Assembly: GCA_026985095.1 (NCBI GenBank)
Contig: JALSQW010000012.1
Coordinates: 51,810 to 115,809, forward strand
DNA: 64,000 nucleotides
Origin: Acidimicrobiia bacterium
Lineage (GTDB): Bacteria; Actinomycetota; Acidimicrobiia; Spongiisociales; UBA5794
Reading direction: 5' to 3'
Shown here: piece after piece, positions 47,203-56,677 of the stretch
Position numbering within the stretch: the stretch's first letter is position 1
Layout: every line of letters begins with the position of its first letter
The notes under the pieces: model-generated
What the model was told of the DNA's origin: nothing
What the model saw: only the letters and a program-made list of their open reading frames with translations
Database searches by the model: none
Made by a program: the position numbers and the translations under genes

Positions 47203-47975
47203 TGGGGCGTCACGTAGGCGGCGGTGATCCCTCCGTCGACGAGGAACTCGGTCCCGGTCATGTACGACGAGTCGTCAGAGGCCAGGAACAGGGCCGCCTT
47301 CGCCATCTCGACGGCCTTCCCGAACCGTCCCATCGGCACGTGGACCAAGCGTCGCTGCTTCTTGGCGTCGGTGTCGAGGAACTTCATCAACAACTCGGTG
47401 TGGAGCGGTCCGGGGCTGAGGGCGTTGACGCGGATGTTCTCCCGCGCATGGACGACGGCGAGCTCCCGGGTGAGCGCCAGGACCGCCCCCTTCGAGGCGG
47501 TGTAGGCGACCTGCGGGGTGGCCGCCCCGAGACGGGCGACGAACGACGCGGTGTTGATGATCGATCCGCCCCCGGCCCGGCGTAGGGCGGGGATCCCGAA
47601 CTTGCATCCGAGGAAGACCCCTTTGGCGTTGATGTCCATCGTTCGGTCCCAGACCGCCTCGGCGGTCTCCACCGCATCTCCGTCGCCGGGATCCATGATC
47701 CCCGCGTTGTTGAACAGCACGTCGAGGGAGCCGAAGGCCTCTTCGGCGGCGGTCACCATCGCCTCGGCGTCGGCGGCGTTCGCAACGTCGGCGATCACGG
47801 CGATCGCCCGACCGCCGGCCTCCTCCACCGCGGAGACGGTTTCGGCCAGGGCCGGCTCCACGATGTCGACCGCCACCACGGCAGCTCCCTCGGCGGCGAA
47901 GATCAGTGCGCTCTCGCGTCCGATCCCGCCTCCGGCGCCGGTGATCAGCGCGACCTTCCCGTCCAGCCGTCCCAT
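47199..47975 (-). CDS. SDR-family oxidoreductase
   Basis: ORF track, 258 aa. TGAGGGIGR cofactor motif and catalytic YTASKGAV (YxxxK). 4-nt overlap with the ALDH gene. Confidence 0.9.
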   Translation of the reverse strand: MGRLDGKVALITGAGGGIGRESALIFAAEGAAVVAVDIVEPALAETVSAVEEAGGRAIAVIADVANAADAEAMVTAAEEAFGSLDVLFNNAGIMDPGDGDAVETAEAVWDRTMDINAKGVFLGCKFGIPALRRAGGGSIINTASFVARLGAATPQVAYTASKGAVLALTRELAVVHARENIRVNALSPGPLHTELLMKFLDTDAKKQRRLVHVPMGRFGKAVEMAKAALFLASDDSSYMTGTEFLVDGGITAAYVTPQ

Positions 47976-47995
47976 CGTTCACCACCCCTCTCTCG

Positions 47996-49411
47996 TCAGA
48001 TCCGTTCGAAGTACCGCCACCGTTCCCAGTCCGTCACGGCGTTGTCGTACGCGGCTTGTTCGGTGCGGTAGAAATGCGCGTAGTGGCGTTGGACCTCTGG
48101 ACCCAACGCGGCAGCGACGAACTCGCTGGCGGCGAACAGCTCGGTGGCGTCGCGGAGGGTGCGGGGGACGTGCGGGAGCTCGGCGGCTCCGTAGACGTCA
48201 CCTTCGAACATGGCTTCCGGCTCGACCTGCTCGTCGATCCCTTCGAGCCCGGCGGCCATCACCGCGGCGTAGGCGAGGTACGGATTGACATCGGCGCCGG
48301 GGATCCGGCACTCGATGCGGAGGCTCTGGCCGTGCCCGACGACCCGGAACCCGGCGGTCCGGTTGTCGTAGCTCCATGCGATCCTGGTCGGTGCCCACGA
48401 CCCGTCCTGGTATCGCTTGTACGAGTTGATGGTCGGAGCGAAGAACGGCATCACGTCGTCGACCCTGCGCATCCATCCCGCGAGGAACCAGCGGAACCGG
48501 TCCGAGCAGCGGACGGGCCCGAAGGTGTCGTCACCGAAGAAGACGTTGCGGTCGCCTTCCCACAGGCTGAGATGGAGATGGGAGCTGGAGCCGGCCTCGG
48601 CGGCGTCGGGCTTGGCCATGAACGTCACGCTCATGCCGAGCTGTTCGGCGGTGTCCTTCATCGCCAGCTTCATCAACGTGTGACGATCGGCCATCTCCAG
48701 GATCTCGGCGTAGCGGATGTTCATCTCGTGCTGTCCACGACCCCATTCGCCCTTCGAGTTCTCCACGGGGATGCCGGACCGGTTGAGGTGTCGTCGGACG
48801 GCGCCGTTGAAGTGCTCCTCCCGAGTGCCTTGCAGGAGGTGATAGTCCTCGATGTACCACCCTAGGGGCGTGAGGCCTTGGTAGCGGCTCGCCGCGGCGT
48901 CGCGGTAGCTGTCCTCGTACAGGTAGTACTCGAGCTCGGATGCGGCCTTGGCGGTGTAGCCCCGTTCGGCAGCCAGGGCGAGCTGGCGCTTCAAGATCGA
49001 CCGGGGAGCGACGGCGACCAGCTCCCCGGTTCGATCGTCGACCAGATCGCATAGGACGATCGCCGTGCGAGGAAGCCAGTCGGCGAGCCGGAACGTCCCG
49101 AGGTCGGGCACCATGTGGAAGTCGCCGTATCCCAGCTCCCAGTTGGCGTACTCGTATCCGGGGACGGGCTCCATCTCCATGTCGACGGTCAGGAGGTAGT
49201 CGCATCCGTGGGTGCCCGCCTCGAAGATCTCGTCGCGGAAGAACTCGGCATCGAACCGTTTGCCGTGCAGCCGTCCGTAGTGGTCGGTGAACGCGACGAT
49301 GACGGTGTCCACCTCGTCGGCGTCGACGAGCTCGCCGAAGTCGTCCAGGCTCAACATCCCACGCAGCGGCGCCACGTTCCCTCCGTTCGTCGTCGGATCC
49401 GGGTGAGGCAT
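47996..49411 (-). CDS. Glutamine-synthetase-family gamma-glutamyl-amine ligase (PuuA/GlnA3/GlnA4-like)
   Basis: C-terminal 471 aa of track ORF 47996-51901, starting MPHPDPTTNGG (complement of cat at 49409-49411). ..NSKGEWGRGQHEMN.., ..GSSSHLHLSLW.., ..NSYKRY.. The remainder of the track ORF is antisense to the serA and permease genes. Confidence 0.85.
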   Translation of the reverse strand: MPHPDPTTNGGNVAPLRGMLSLDDFGELVDADEVDTVIVAFTDHYGRLHGKRFDAEFFRDEIFEAGTHGCDYLLTVDMEMEPVPGYEYANWELGYGDFHMVPDLGTFRLADWLPRTAIVLCDLVDDRTGELVAVAPRSILKRQLALAAERGYTAKAASELEYYLYEDSYRDAAASRYQGLTPLGWYIEDYHLLQGTREEHFNGAVRRHLNRSGIPVENSKGEWGRGQHEMNIRYAEILEMADRHTLMKLAMKDTAEQLGMSVTFMAKPDAAEAGSSSHLHLSLWEGDRNVFFGDDTFGPVRCSDRFRWFLAGWMRRVDDVMPFFAPTINSYKRYQDGSWAPTRIAWSYDNRTAGFRVVGHGQSLRIECRIPGADVNPYLAYAAVMAAGLEGIDEQVEPEAMFEGDVYGAAELPHVPRTLRDATELFAASEFVAAALGPEVQRHYAHFYRTEQAAYDNAVTDWERWRYFERI

Positions 49412-49483
49412 CAACCCTACGGGCCGACCTGCGTCGTTGGCCAACCCGGGCGGGCCGCGGGCGTGCGGTACGCTGCGGCGCCC

Positions 49484-50818
49484 ATGCACCACCACCACCG
49501 CCGCCGCCGTGAGCTCCACCGGGTCGACGAGGGGCTGTTGGGTACCAGAGAGCTCGTCGCCATCGCCGTGGGCGGGATGATCGGAGGCGGGATCTTCTCG
49601 GTTCTGGGCCTGGCGGCGCAGATCGCCGGGCACGCCGCACCGTTGGCGTTGGGCGTGGGCGCACTGGTCGCCGGCGCCGCCGGATACTCGTATGCGAAGC
49701 TGGCGCTCGCCTACCCCCGCGACGGCGCCAGCTACACGTACCTGCAACGGGCTTTCCCGAGCAACCCGGTGGTCGGATCGGTGACCGGATGGACGGTGAT
49801 CCTCGGGTACATCGGGACCCTCGCTCTGTACTCGTTCACCTTCGGGGCCTACGCATCGGATCTGCTCGGCCATCCCGGATCGGCGCCGTGGCGGATCGCT
49901 CTCGGGTTGGGGGCCCTCGGGGCGTTCCTGGGGGTCAACCTGGCGGGGGTTCGGGAAGCGGGGATCGTCGAGGATCTGATCGTGTACGCCAAGATCGCCA
50001 TCTTGGGGTTCATCGGGGCGATTGGGCTCTCCCAGGTGCAGGTAGCGAAGATGACCCCGGTGTTCGATCGGGGGATCGGCGCCGTCTTCAGCGCCGGGGC
50101 ACTGATCTTCGTCGCCTACGAAGGGTTCCAGCTCACCACCAACGCGGTGCAAGAGACCGAGGATCCCCGACGGACGCTGCCCCGGTCGATCTACGCGGCG
50201 ATCGCCCTGGTCGGGGTCATCTACGTGTCGCTGGCGTTCGTGGCGGTCGGGACCCTCTCCGTCGACCAGCTCGTCGCCGCAGAGGAGTACGCCCTCGCGG
50301 TGGTGGCACAGCCGATCCTCGGCAACCTGGGGCGGGTGCTCGTGGGGGTGGCGGCGATGTTCGCCACTTCGTCGGCGATCAACAGCACCCTGTTCGGTGC
50401 CTCGCGGCTCATGGCCGACATGGCCGATACCGGATCGATGCCGGCCGGCCTCGGTGTCCGATCGGCCAGGAACGTTCCCGTGCGGGCGGTCGTGGCGATG
50501 ACGGTGCCCGCAGGCGTCCTGATGCTGGCCGGCACGCTGAACCTGATCGCAGCGTTCTCGTCGATGACGTTCCTGCTCGTGTCGGTGGCGGTGTCGGTCG
50601 CCAACGTGCGGCTCCGGGCCGACACGAAGGCGACGATGTGGCTCATCTGGCTCGGTCTGGTCCTCATGGGCGCCACGATCATCCTCCTGGTCGCCCATCT
50701 CGTCGACACGGACGTCCCGACGCTGTTGGGCATCATGGCGGGCTACGTCGTCGCCGTGGCGCTCGAGGAGATCTATCGCCGTCACCGGGAGCGGCACCCG
50801 CCGGGCACATCGGCTTGA
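49484..50818 (+). CDS. APC-superfamily amino acid/polyamine permease
   Basis: In track ORF 49115-50818, ATG at 49484 (MHHHHRRRR...; a later GTG is possible). ..VAIAVGGMIGGGIFSVLG.. and about 12 hydrophobic helices. Confidence 0.85.
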   Translation: MHHHHRRRRELHRVDEGLLGTRELVAIAVGGMIGGGIFSVLGLAAQIAGHAAPLALGVGALVAGAAGYSYAKLALAYPRDGASYTYLQRAFPSNPVVGSVTGWTVILGYIGTLALYSFTFGAYASDLLGHPGSAPWRIALGLGALGAFLGVNLAGVREAGIVEDLIVYAKIAILGFIGAIGLSQVQVAKMTPVFDRGIGAVFSAGALIFVAYEGFQLTTNAVQETEDPRRTLPRSIYAAIALVGVIYVSLAFVAVGTLSVDQLVAAEEYALAVVAQPILGNLGRVLVGVAAMFATSSAINSTLFGASRLMADMADTGSMPAGLGVRSARNVPVRAVVAMTVPAGVLMLAGTLNLIAAFSSMTFLLVSVAVSVANVRLRADTKATMWLIWLGLVLMGATIILLVAHLVDTDVPTLLGIMAGYVVAVALEEIYRRHRERHPPGTSA

Positions 50819-50827
50819 ATACCGGCC

Positions 50828-52042
50828 ATGCGCATCCTCTTCGCCGACGCCCTGGACGCGTCCCGGGTCGAACGTCTCTCTGCCGCCGGACACCAATGTG
50901 TGGTCGAGCCGGATCTGTCGCCGGCCGCTCTGCCCGGCCGGATCGCCGGTTTCGAGGCCCTCGTCGTCCGCTCGACGCGGGTGGACGCCTCCACCTTGGA
51001 GGCCGCCGATCGTCTCGAGATCGTGGTCCGCGCCGGCGCCGGCACCAACACCATCGACACCGACGCGGCCGCGGACCGGGGGATCTTCGTGTGCAACGTC
51101 CCGGGCCGCAATGCGATCGCGGTGGCCGAACTGACGATGGGGCTCATCATGGCGCTCGACCGGAACATCCCCGACAACGTGGCCGAGCTCCGAGCGGGAC
51201 GATGGGACAAGCGCCGATTCTCCGACGCGCGGGGGCTCTTCGGCAGGTCGTTGGCGATCGTGGGGATGGGCTCCATCGGGATGGAGGTGGCGGCCCGCGC
51301 CCTGGCGTTCGGGCTCCGAGTGGCGACCATCGACCGACCCCGCCCCGCCGAGACCACCGACCGCCTCGCCGACCTGGGGGTGGACCTCGTCGCCGATCGG
51401 GCGTCGCTGCTGGCCGACGCCGACATCGTGTCGCTCCACGTCCCGTTGACCGACGCGACCGAGGGGATGGTCGACGCCGCTTTCCTCGCCGAGATGAAGG
51501 ACGGGGCATGGCTGATCAACACGTCGCGGGGTGGGCTCGTCGTCGAATCGGCGCTGCTCGAGGCGCTGGATCGCCGCGGGATGCGGGCCGGTCTGGACGT
51601 CTACCCCGACGAGCCGTCGGCCGGTGCGGGCGAGTACCGCTCGGCGCTGGCCTCCCACCCGTCGGTGTACGGGACCCATCACATCGGCGCCTCGACCGCA
51701 CAGGCGCAGCGGTCCGTCGCCGACGGGACCGTCGAGGTGCTCGAGGCCTACGCGCGGGGGACGATGCTCAACTGCGTGAACCTGGAGGTCGAACACCTCG
51801 GAGAGACGGTCCTGGCGATCCGCCACTACAACCGGGTGGGCGTCCTGTCGTCGGTCCTGGAGGTCCTCAAACGGGCCGACCTCAACGTGCAGGATCTCCA
51901 CAATCGGATCTTCTCCGGCGCGACCGCGGCGGTCGCGACGTTGGCCGTCGACGGGACCGTACCATCGGATCTGCTGGCGGAGCTCCGTGACGTCCCCGAT
52001 GTGATCCAGGTCACGGCGCGCCCGAGGAAGGGAACACGATGA
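50828..52042 (+). CDS. serA: D-3-phosphoglycerate dehydrogenase with a C-terminal ACT domain
   Basis: ORF track, 404 aa. ..IVGMGSIGMEVA.. NAD motif, the catalytic ..HIGAST.. region, and an ACT-like tail ..HYNRVGVLSSVLEVL.. Confidence 0.85.
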   Translation: MRILFADALDASRVERLSAAGHQCVVEPDLSPAALPGRIAGFEALVVRSTRVDASTLEAADRLEIVVRAGAGTNTIDTDAAADRGIFVCNVPGRNAIAVAELTMGLIMALDRNIPDNVAELRAGRWDKRRFSDARGLFGRSLAIVGMGSIGMEVAARALAFGLRVATIDRPRPAETTDRLADLGVDLVADRASLLADADIVSLHVPLTDATEGMVDAAFLAEMKDGAWLINTSRGGLVVESALLEALDRRGMRAGLDVYPDEPSAGAGEYRSALASHPSVYGTHHIGASTAQAQRSVADGTVEVLEAYARGTMLNCVNLEVEHLGETVLAIRHYNRVGVLSSVLEVLKRADLNVQDLHNRIFSGATAAVATLAVDGTVPSDLLAELRDVPDVIQVTARPRKGTR

Positions 52043-53121
52043 TGCGCATCTACAACTTCAGTGCCGGCCCGTCGACCTTGCCGCTCGAGGTCCTCGAGGA
52101 GGCCCGCGACGAGCTGGTCGACTATCGGGACACCGGCATGTCGATCATCGAGATGAGCCATCGGGGCCCCGAGTACACCGCCGTCCACGAGGCGGCGATC
52201 GCGGATGCTCGTGCCGTGTATCGGGTCCCGGAGGACTTCGCCGCGATCTTCGTCCAGGGCGGCGCGTCCCTCCAGTTCGCGATGGTTCCCCTCAACCTGC
52301 TCGGCCGGGAGCATCGGGCAGGGTACGTCGACACCGGCGCCTGGGCGTCGAAGGCGATCGCCGACGCCGCCCATCACGGCGAGGTCTATACGGCGTGGTC
52401 GGGTGCCGCCGACGGCTATCGGCGGGTACCCGACGACGCCGAGCTGACGATCGAGAACGGCACCAGGTACCTGCATCTGACCAGCAACGAGACCATCGGC
52501 GGGGTGCAGTTCCACCGATGGCCGGAGGTCGACGTGCCGCTCGTGGCCGACATGTCGTCCGACTTCTTCAGCAGACCGATCCCGTGGGAGCGGTTCGATG
52601 TCGTCTACGGCGGCGTCCAGAAGAACCTCGGGCCCGCCGGCGCGGCGCTGGTGTTCATCCGGCGTTCGGTCCTCGCCGAGACCAACCGGGACCTGGCCGC
52701 CTACCTCCGCTACGACGTCCACGTCGCGAAGGACTCGATGTACAACACGCCGCCGGTGTTCACGATCTACATGGTGGGCAAGGTCCTCCGCCACCTCCGT
52801 GAGCACGGCGGGATCGGCGCGCTGGCGGAACGTGCCGAGCAGAAGGCGAAGCTCCTGTACGGGGCGATCGACGGCAGCGGCGGCTTCTACCGGAACCCGG
52901 TCGATCCGGCCAGCCGGTCGTTGATGAACATCGTGTTCCGACTCCCCAGCGAGGATCTCGAGGCCCGGTTCGTCGATCAGGCCGCCGCCGCAGGGCTCTC
53001 GGGTCTGAAGGGCCATCGCAGCGTCGGTGGATGTCGGGCGTCGGTCTACAACGCGATGCCGATCGACGGCGTCCGCGCCCTCGTCGAGTTCATGGACGAC
53101 TTCCTCCGTCGGGAAGGCTGA
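52039..53121 (+). CDS. serC: Phosphoserine aminotransferase
   Basis: ORF track, 360 aa. MMRIYNFSAGPSTLPLEVL.. and ..GGVQKNLGPAG.. PLP-Lys region. 4-nt overlap with serA. Confidence 0.92.
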   Translation: MMRIYNFSAGPSTLPLEVLEEARDELVDYRDTGMSIIEMSHRGPEYTAVHEAAIADARAVYRVPEDFAAIFVQGGASLQFAMVPLNLLGREHRAGYVDTGAWASKAIADAAHHGEVYTAWSGAADGYRRVPDDAELTIENGTRYLHLTSNETIGGVQFHRWPEVDVPLVADMSSDFFSRPIPWERFDVVYGGVQKNLGPAGAALVFIRRSVLAETNRDLAAYLRYDVHVAKDSMYNTPPVFTIYMVGKVLRHLREHGGIGALAERAEQKAKLLYGAIDGSGGFYRNPVDPASRSLMNIVFRLPSEDLEARFVDQAAAAGLSGLKGHRSVGGCRASVYNAMPIDGVRALVEFMDDFLRREG

Positions 53122-54305
53122 TGCGGGTCGGACCGATCCGGGCGAAGCTGGTGACCCCGGAGCTGGCCGACCGGGTGGTCGCCCCCGCCTATGACCTGTT
53201 GTCGGCGGAGGACCGCAAGCGGATCCTGGCCGAGGAACCGCTCAGTTTCCTCCACGCGATCCGATCGCCCGACGAGTACGAGACCGGTGTCGACGAGGAT
53301 CGGGTGCTGGCGGACTCCGCGGCGGGTCTGGACCGGTTGCTGGCTGCCGGAGCGTTCGCCGACGTGGGCGCCCCGGCGTTGTTCGTCTACCGCTTGGCGA
53401 CCGGCGATCACGTCCAGACGGGCGTCGCCGGGGCCCTGGCGGTCGCCGACGTCACCGACGGGGCGGTCCTTCCGCACGAGACGACCCGGATCGACAAGGA
53501 GCACCGCCTGACCCGCTATCTCGAGACGGTGCGAGCGGCGTCGTCCCCCGTCTCCCTGACCTATCGTCCGAACGCCGCGATCGCGGACCTCGTGGCGGCG
53601 GTGACGAACCGCAGGCCGGAGGTCGACACCGTCGGGGACGACGGCCTGCGCCAGCAGGTGTGGGCGATCACCGACGTCGACACGGTCGCGGCGGTCTCGG
53701 ATGCGTTCGATCGGGTGCCCGCCTCCTACCTGATCGACGGGCATCATCGGGTCGCTGCGGCCCTCCGGATGGCGGCGGCGGATCCGGACCGGTCGTCGTT
53801 CTTCGCCGTGCTGTTCCCGGCCGATCAGGTCCGGCTCGTCGCGTTCCACCGGACGCTTCGGAGCCTGCCTGCCGATCTCGTCGACCACGCCGAATCGGTG
53901 CTCCGGTCGCGGTTCGGGGTGGTCGACGTGGCCGATGCATCCGACGTGGCACCCCGCGGTCCGGGCCAGGTCGGAGTGATCCTGCCCGGTCGCCGTCTTC
54001 GGGTCGACCTCGGGGATACCGACGGTCTGCAGGATGCGGATCTCCTCCAGGACCGCATCCTCGGCCCCATGTTCGGGGTGGAGGATCCCCGCTCGGACGA
54101 TCGTCTCGACTACGTGCCGGGGATCTCCGATGCCCAGGCGCTCGCCGATCGGATCGAGCGGGACGAGTTCTCGGCGGCGTTCTTGCTCCATCCGATGTCG
54201 GTCGACGAGATGATGGCGGTGTCCGACGCCGGGCTTCGCCTGCCACCCAAATCGACGTGGTTCGCTCCGAAGGCCCGGTCGGGGGTCTTCCTCACCGCCG
54301 TGTGA
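53121..54305 (+). CDS. DUF1015 domain-containing protein
   Basis: In track ORF 53031-54305. The ATG at 53121 shares one nucleotide with the serC stop (TGATG). ..VVAPAYDLLS.., ..VLPHETT.. and ..LIDGHHR.. motifs as I recall for DUF1015. Confidence 0.75.
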   Translation: MRVGPIRAKLVTPELADRVVAPAYDLLSAEDRKRILAEEPLSFLHAIRSPDEYETGVDEDRVLADSAAGLDRLLAAGAFADVGAPALFVYRLATGDHVQTGVAGALAVADVTDGAVLPHETTRIDKEHRLTRYLETVRAASSPVSLTYRPNAAIADLVAAVTNRRPEVDTVGDDGLRQQVWAITDVDTVAAVSDAFDRVPASYLIDGHHRVAAALRMAAADPDRSSFFAVLFPADQVRLVAFHRTLRSLPADLVDHAESVLRSRFGVVDVADASDVAPRGPGQVGVILPGRRLRVDLGDTDGLQDADLLQDRILGPMFGVEDPRSDDRLDYVPGISDAQALADRIERDEFSAAFLLHPMSVDEMMAVSDAGLRLPPKSTWFAPKARSGVFLTAV

Positions 54306-54320
54306 GGCCCGGTAAGCGGT

Positions 54321-55976
54321 TCAGATGCGGCACTCGCTGTCGCGACCGGTGGCGAAGGTGGTGTCGGGACCGGCATGGATGAGCCGCTGGACCTCGGCGC
54401 GGATCGCATCGATGTCGGGGATCGGTTGGCCCCGATGGTTGCCGGTGGGGGCGTAGTCGGGTGGGCCGAACCCGACGGTGGCGATGTCGGAGAAGTCGAG
54501 GGAGGCGACCTGCTCGATGAGGTCGGGCAACGCGTCGAGTGGGATGTTGGTCTTCACCGAGGACGACACGGCGCGGGCGATCCGGGGGAACCGGGTGGCG
54601 ACGGTGACGGGGTCGGCCTTGGCGGCGACGGCCTTCAGCATGCACCGCTGCCGCCGCATCCGCACGTAGTCCGAGGCGGATTTCCGCTCACGCACGTAGG
54701 CGAGCGCCTCGTGTCCGTTGAGCCGGTGCCATCCGGGCGAGATGTCCACGTGGATCCACTCCTCACCTTCGCGAGCGGGCGACACTTCGGCTTCGACGCG
54801 GCCGGTGACGTAGACCCGAACGCCACCGAGCGCGTCGACGACCCGGACGAACCCCGACATGTTGACCAGCGCGTAGTAGTCGATGTCGAGGCCCAGCATC
54901 AGTTCCAAGGTGTCCCTGAGGACCGCCATCCCGGGGTCCCGCTCGTTGGGGTAGGTCTCGGTCCACTTCCGGGTGTAGGGATAGATGGCGTTGATCTGGT
55001 CGGGGAAGCAGTGACAGGACACGAAGTCGTCGACGCGACCGTCCCCATCGGTGTCGACCCAGCGGGGGTCGGAGCGGGGGGTGATCCGTTTCTCCAGGTC
55101 GACGAAGGCGTCGGCGTAGTCCTCTCGGAGCGGCACCTGGACGAGGTTCCTGGGGATGCCGAAGACGACGGCCTTGCCGGTCGTCGTGTCGAGGGTCGCC
55201 ACGTTGATGGAGTCGGTGCGTGTCCCGCCTCGTCCGGGGCCGCCGTCGCCGCCGGCGAGCAGGATGGTGATCCGTTCGAGGTCGTGGCGTTCCTCGGTCG
55301 GGATGAGGGTGCGCAGGTCCGGTGGTGGACCGCCGAGGATCTCGGGGAGCACGGCGATGGCATCGGGATCACCCACGCCGTCCCAGAAGATCATGTTCCG
55401 CGCGGAGTGCACGTGCGGAACGCCGATGAGGGGGCGGAGCGCCGGGTCGCGGATCTCCTCGTAGGCGAGATCGTCGGGAGCGAACGGGGCGTTGGGGCCG
55501 ACGGCTTCGAACTCGACCGGTTCGTAGTGCTTCTCGGAGAACACCGACTGGAGGAGCCAGATCGCTTCGAGACCGTAGGAGGTCAACAGCGCGTGGGGGG
55601 CGACGGTGACGAGCACGATCGCGAAGACGGCGGCGGTGGTCCACCCTCGGCGGGACACGGCGGCGGCGTCGCCGGACCGGTAGGCGTCGATGAGGGCCCA
55701 CAGCCGCCACACGAGGGCGGCGGCGTTGACGGCGAGGAACGCCCAGATGACGGCCGGCCGAACGGCGAAGCTGAGGATGGCGACCCGTCCCTTGGCGGCG
55801 AGGACGGCCAGGGCCCCGAGGAGGACGATACCGGGAAGGAAGAAGAGCACGGCCTTGACCCTGCGCCCGGTGTACCACTGCCCGGCCCCGGGGACGAGCG
55901 CCGACAGCGCCGACGCCACCAGAGGACGCCTCCCGACGGGGCGTTGTCGCTGACCTACCGACGCCTGAACGCTCAC
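54321..55976 (-). CDS. LCP (LytR-CpsA-Psr) family protein, paralogue of 41470-43074
   Basis: In track ORF 54321-56192. I prefer the GTG at 55976 (VSVQASVG.., preceded by GGGGGAG), which also avoids overlap with the divergent cytochrome c gene. ..ITILLAGGDGGPGRGGTRTDSINVATLD.. and ..ALAYVRERKSASDYVRMRRQRCML.. Confidence 0.82.
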   Translation of the reverse strand: MSVQASVGQRQRPVGRRPLVASALSALVPGAGQWYTGRRVKAVLFFLPGIVLLGALAVLAAKGRVAILSFAVRPAVIWAFLAVNAAALVWRLWALIDAYRSGDAAAVSRRGWTTAAVFAIVLVTVAPHALLTSYGLEAIWLLQSVFSEKHYEPVEFEAVGPNAPFAPDDLAYEEIRDPALRPLIGVPHVHSARNMIFWDGVGDPDAIAVLPEILGGPPPDLRTLIPTEERHDLERITILLAGGDGGPGRGGTRTDSINVATLDTTTGKAVVFGIPRNLVQVPLREDYADAFVDLEKRITPRSDPRWVDTDGDGRVDDFVSCHCFPDQINAIYPYTRKWTETYPNERDPGMAVLRDTLELMLGLDIDYYALVNMSGFVRVVDALGGVRVYVTGRVEAEVSPAREGEEWIHVDISPGWHRLNGHEALAYVRERKSASDYVRMRRQRCMLKAVAAKADPVTVATRFPRIARAVSSSVKTNIPLDALPDLIEQVASLDFSDIATVGFGPPDYAPTGNHRGQPIPDIDAIRAEVQRLIHAGPDTTFATGRDSECRI

Positions 55977-56145
55977 TGCTCCCCCGACGGCACGTTTCGG
56001 AACCGACACTACGTCGGTTTCCGTGCTGTCGCCCTTGGAACGCTCGCGACGGCCAGGCGCGTTCCCGAGGTTCGGTGGCCGGGTATCGTTGCCGTCCGAC
56101 CATGGAGGACTCCCGGTGAGCACGGCGCCGAACGACCGATCCCCG

Positions 56146-56634
56146 ATGACCGTGCTCGCAGTGGCGATGGCGCTCGTCGCGGCGGCCTGCACCGGCAGCC
56201 CTTCGCCGACCGCGTCGTCGACCGTCGCCCCGTCGCCGATCGAGCAGGTGCTCGACGCGATCCCGCCCGTGCCATCGGTGGACGCAGAAGCGGCCGCCGA
56301 GGGCGAGCGACTCTACGCGCAGTTCTGCGCCTCCTGCCACAAGCCGGACCTGTCGGGCGATCCAGACTGGAAGACACCCGACGACGACGGCACCTTCAGG
56401 CCGCCGCCTCACGATGCGAGCGGCCACACGTGGCACCATCCGGTGCCGCAGCTCGTCGACATCGTGCTGAACGGCTCCGGGGCGCCGGGATCGACGATGC
56501 CCCGGTTCGACGGCACCCTGGACGAAGCTCAGGTCGAGGCGATCATCGAGTTCCTCCGCTCTCGCTGGGGAGACGAGGAACGCGCCTTCAACTGGCGGGT
56601 CACGTTCGAGGCGGGCCGACGCGACGAGGGCTGA
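56146..56634 (+). CDS. Mono-haem c-type cytochrome, probable lipoprotein
   Basis: In track ORF 56023-56634. The ATG at 56146 gives MTVLAVAMALVAAAC (lipobox-like); an alternative GTG lies at 56116. Haem motif CASCH, with a distal Met region ..GSTMPRF.. Confidence 0.8.
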   Translation: MTVLAVAMALVAAACTGSPSPTASSTVAPSPIEQVLDAIPPVPSVDAEAAAEGERLYAQFCASCHKPDLSGDPDWKTPDDDGTFRPPPHDASGHTWHHPVPQLVDIVLNGSGAPGSTMPRFDGTLDEAQVEAIIEFLRSRWGDEERAFNWRVTFEAGRRDEG

Positions 56635-56677
56635 CGGCGGCCGCCGAGTCGGTATCGTCGGGGCTCGAGGAGGTGCC

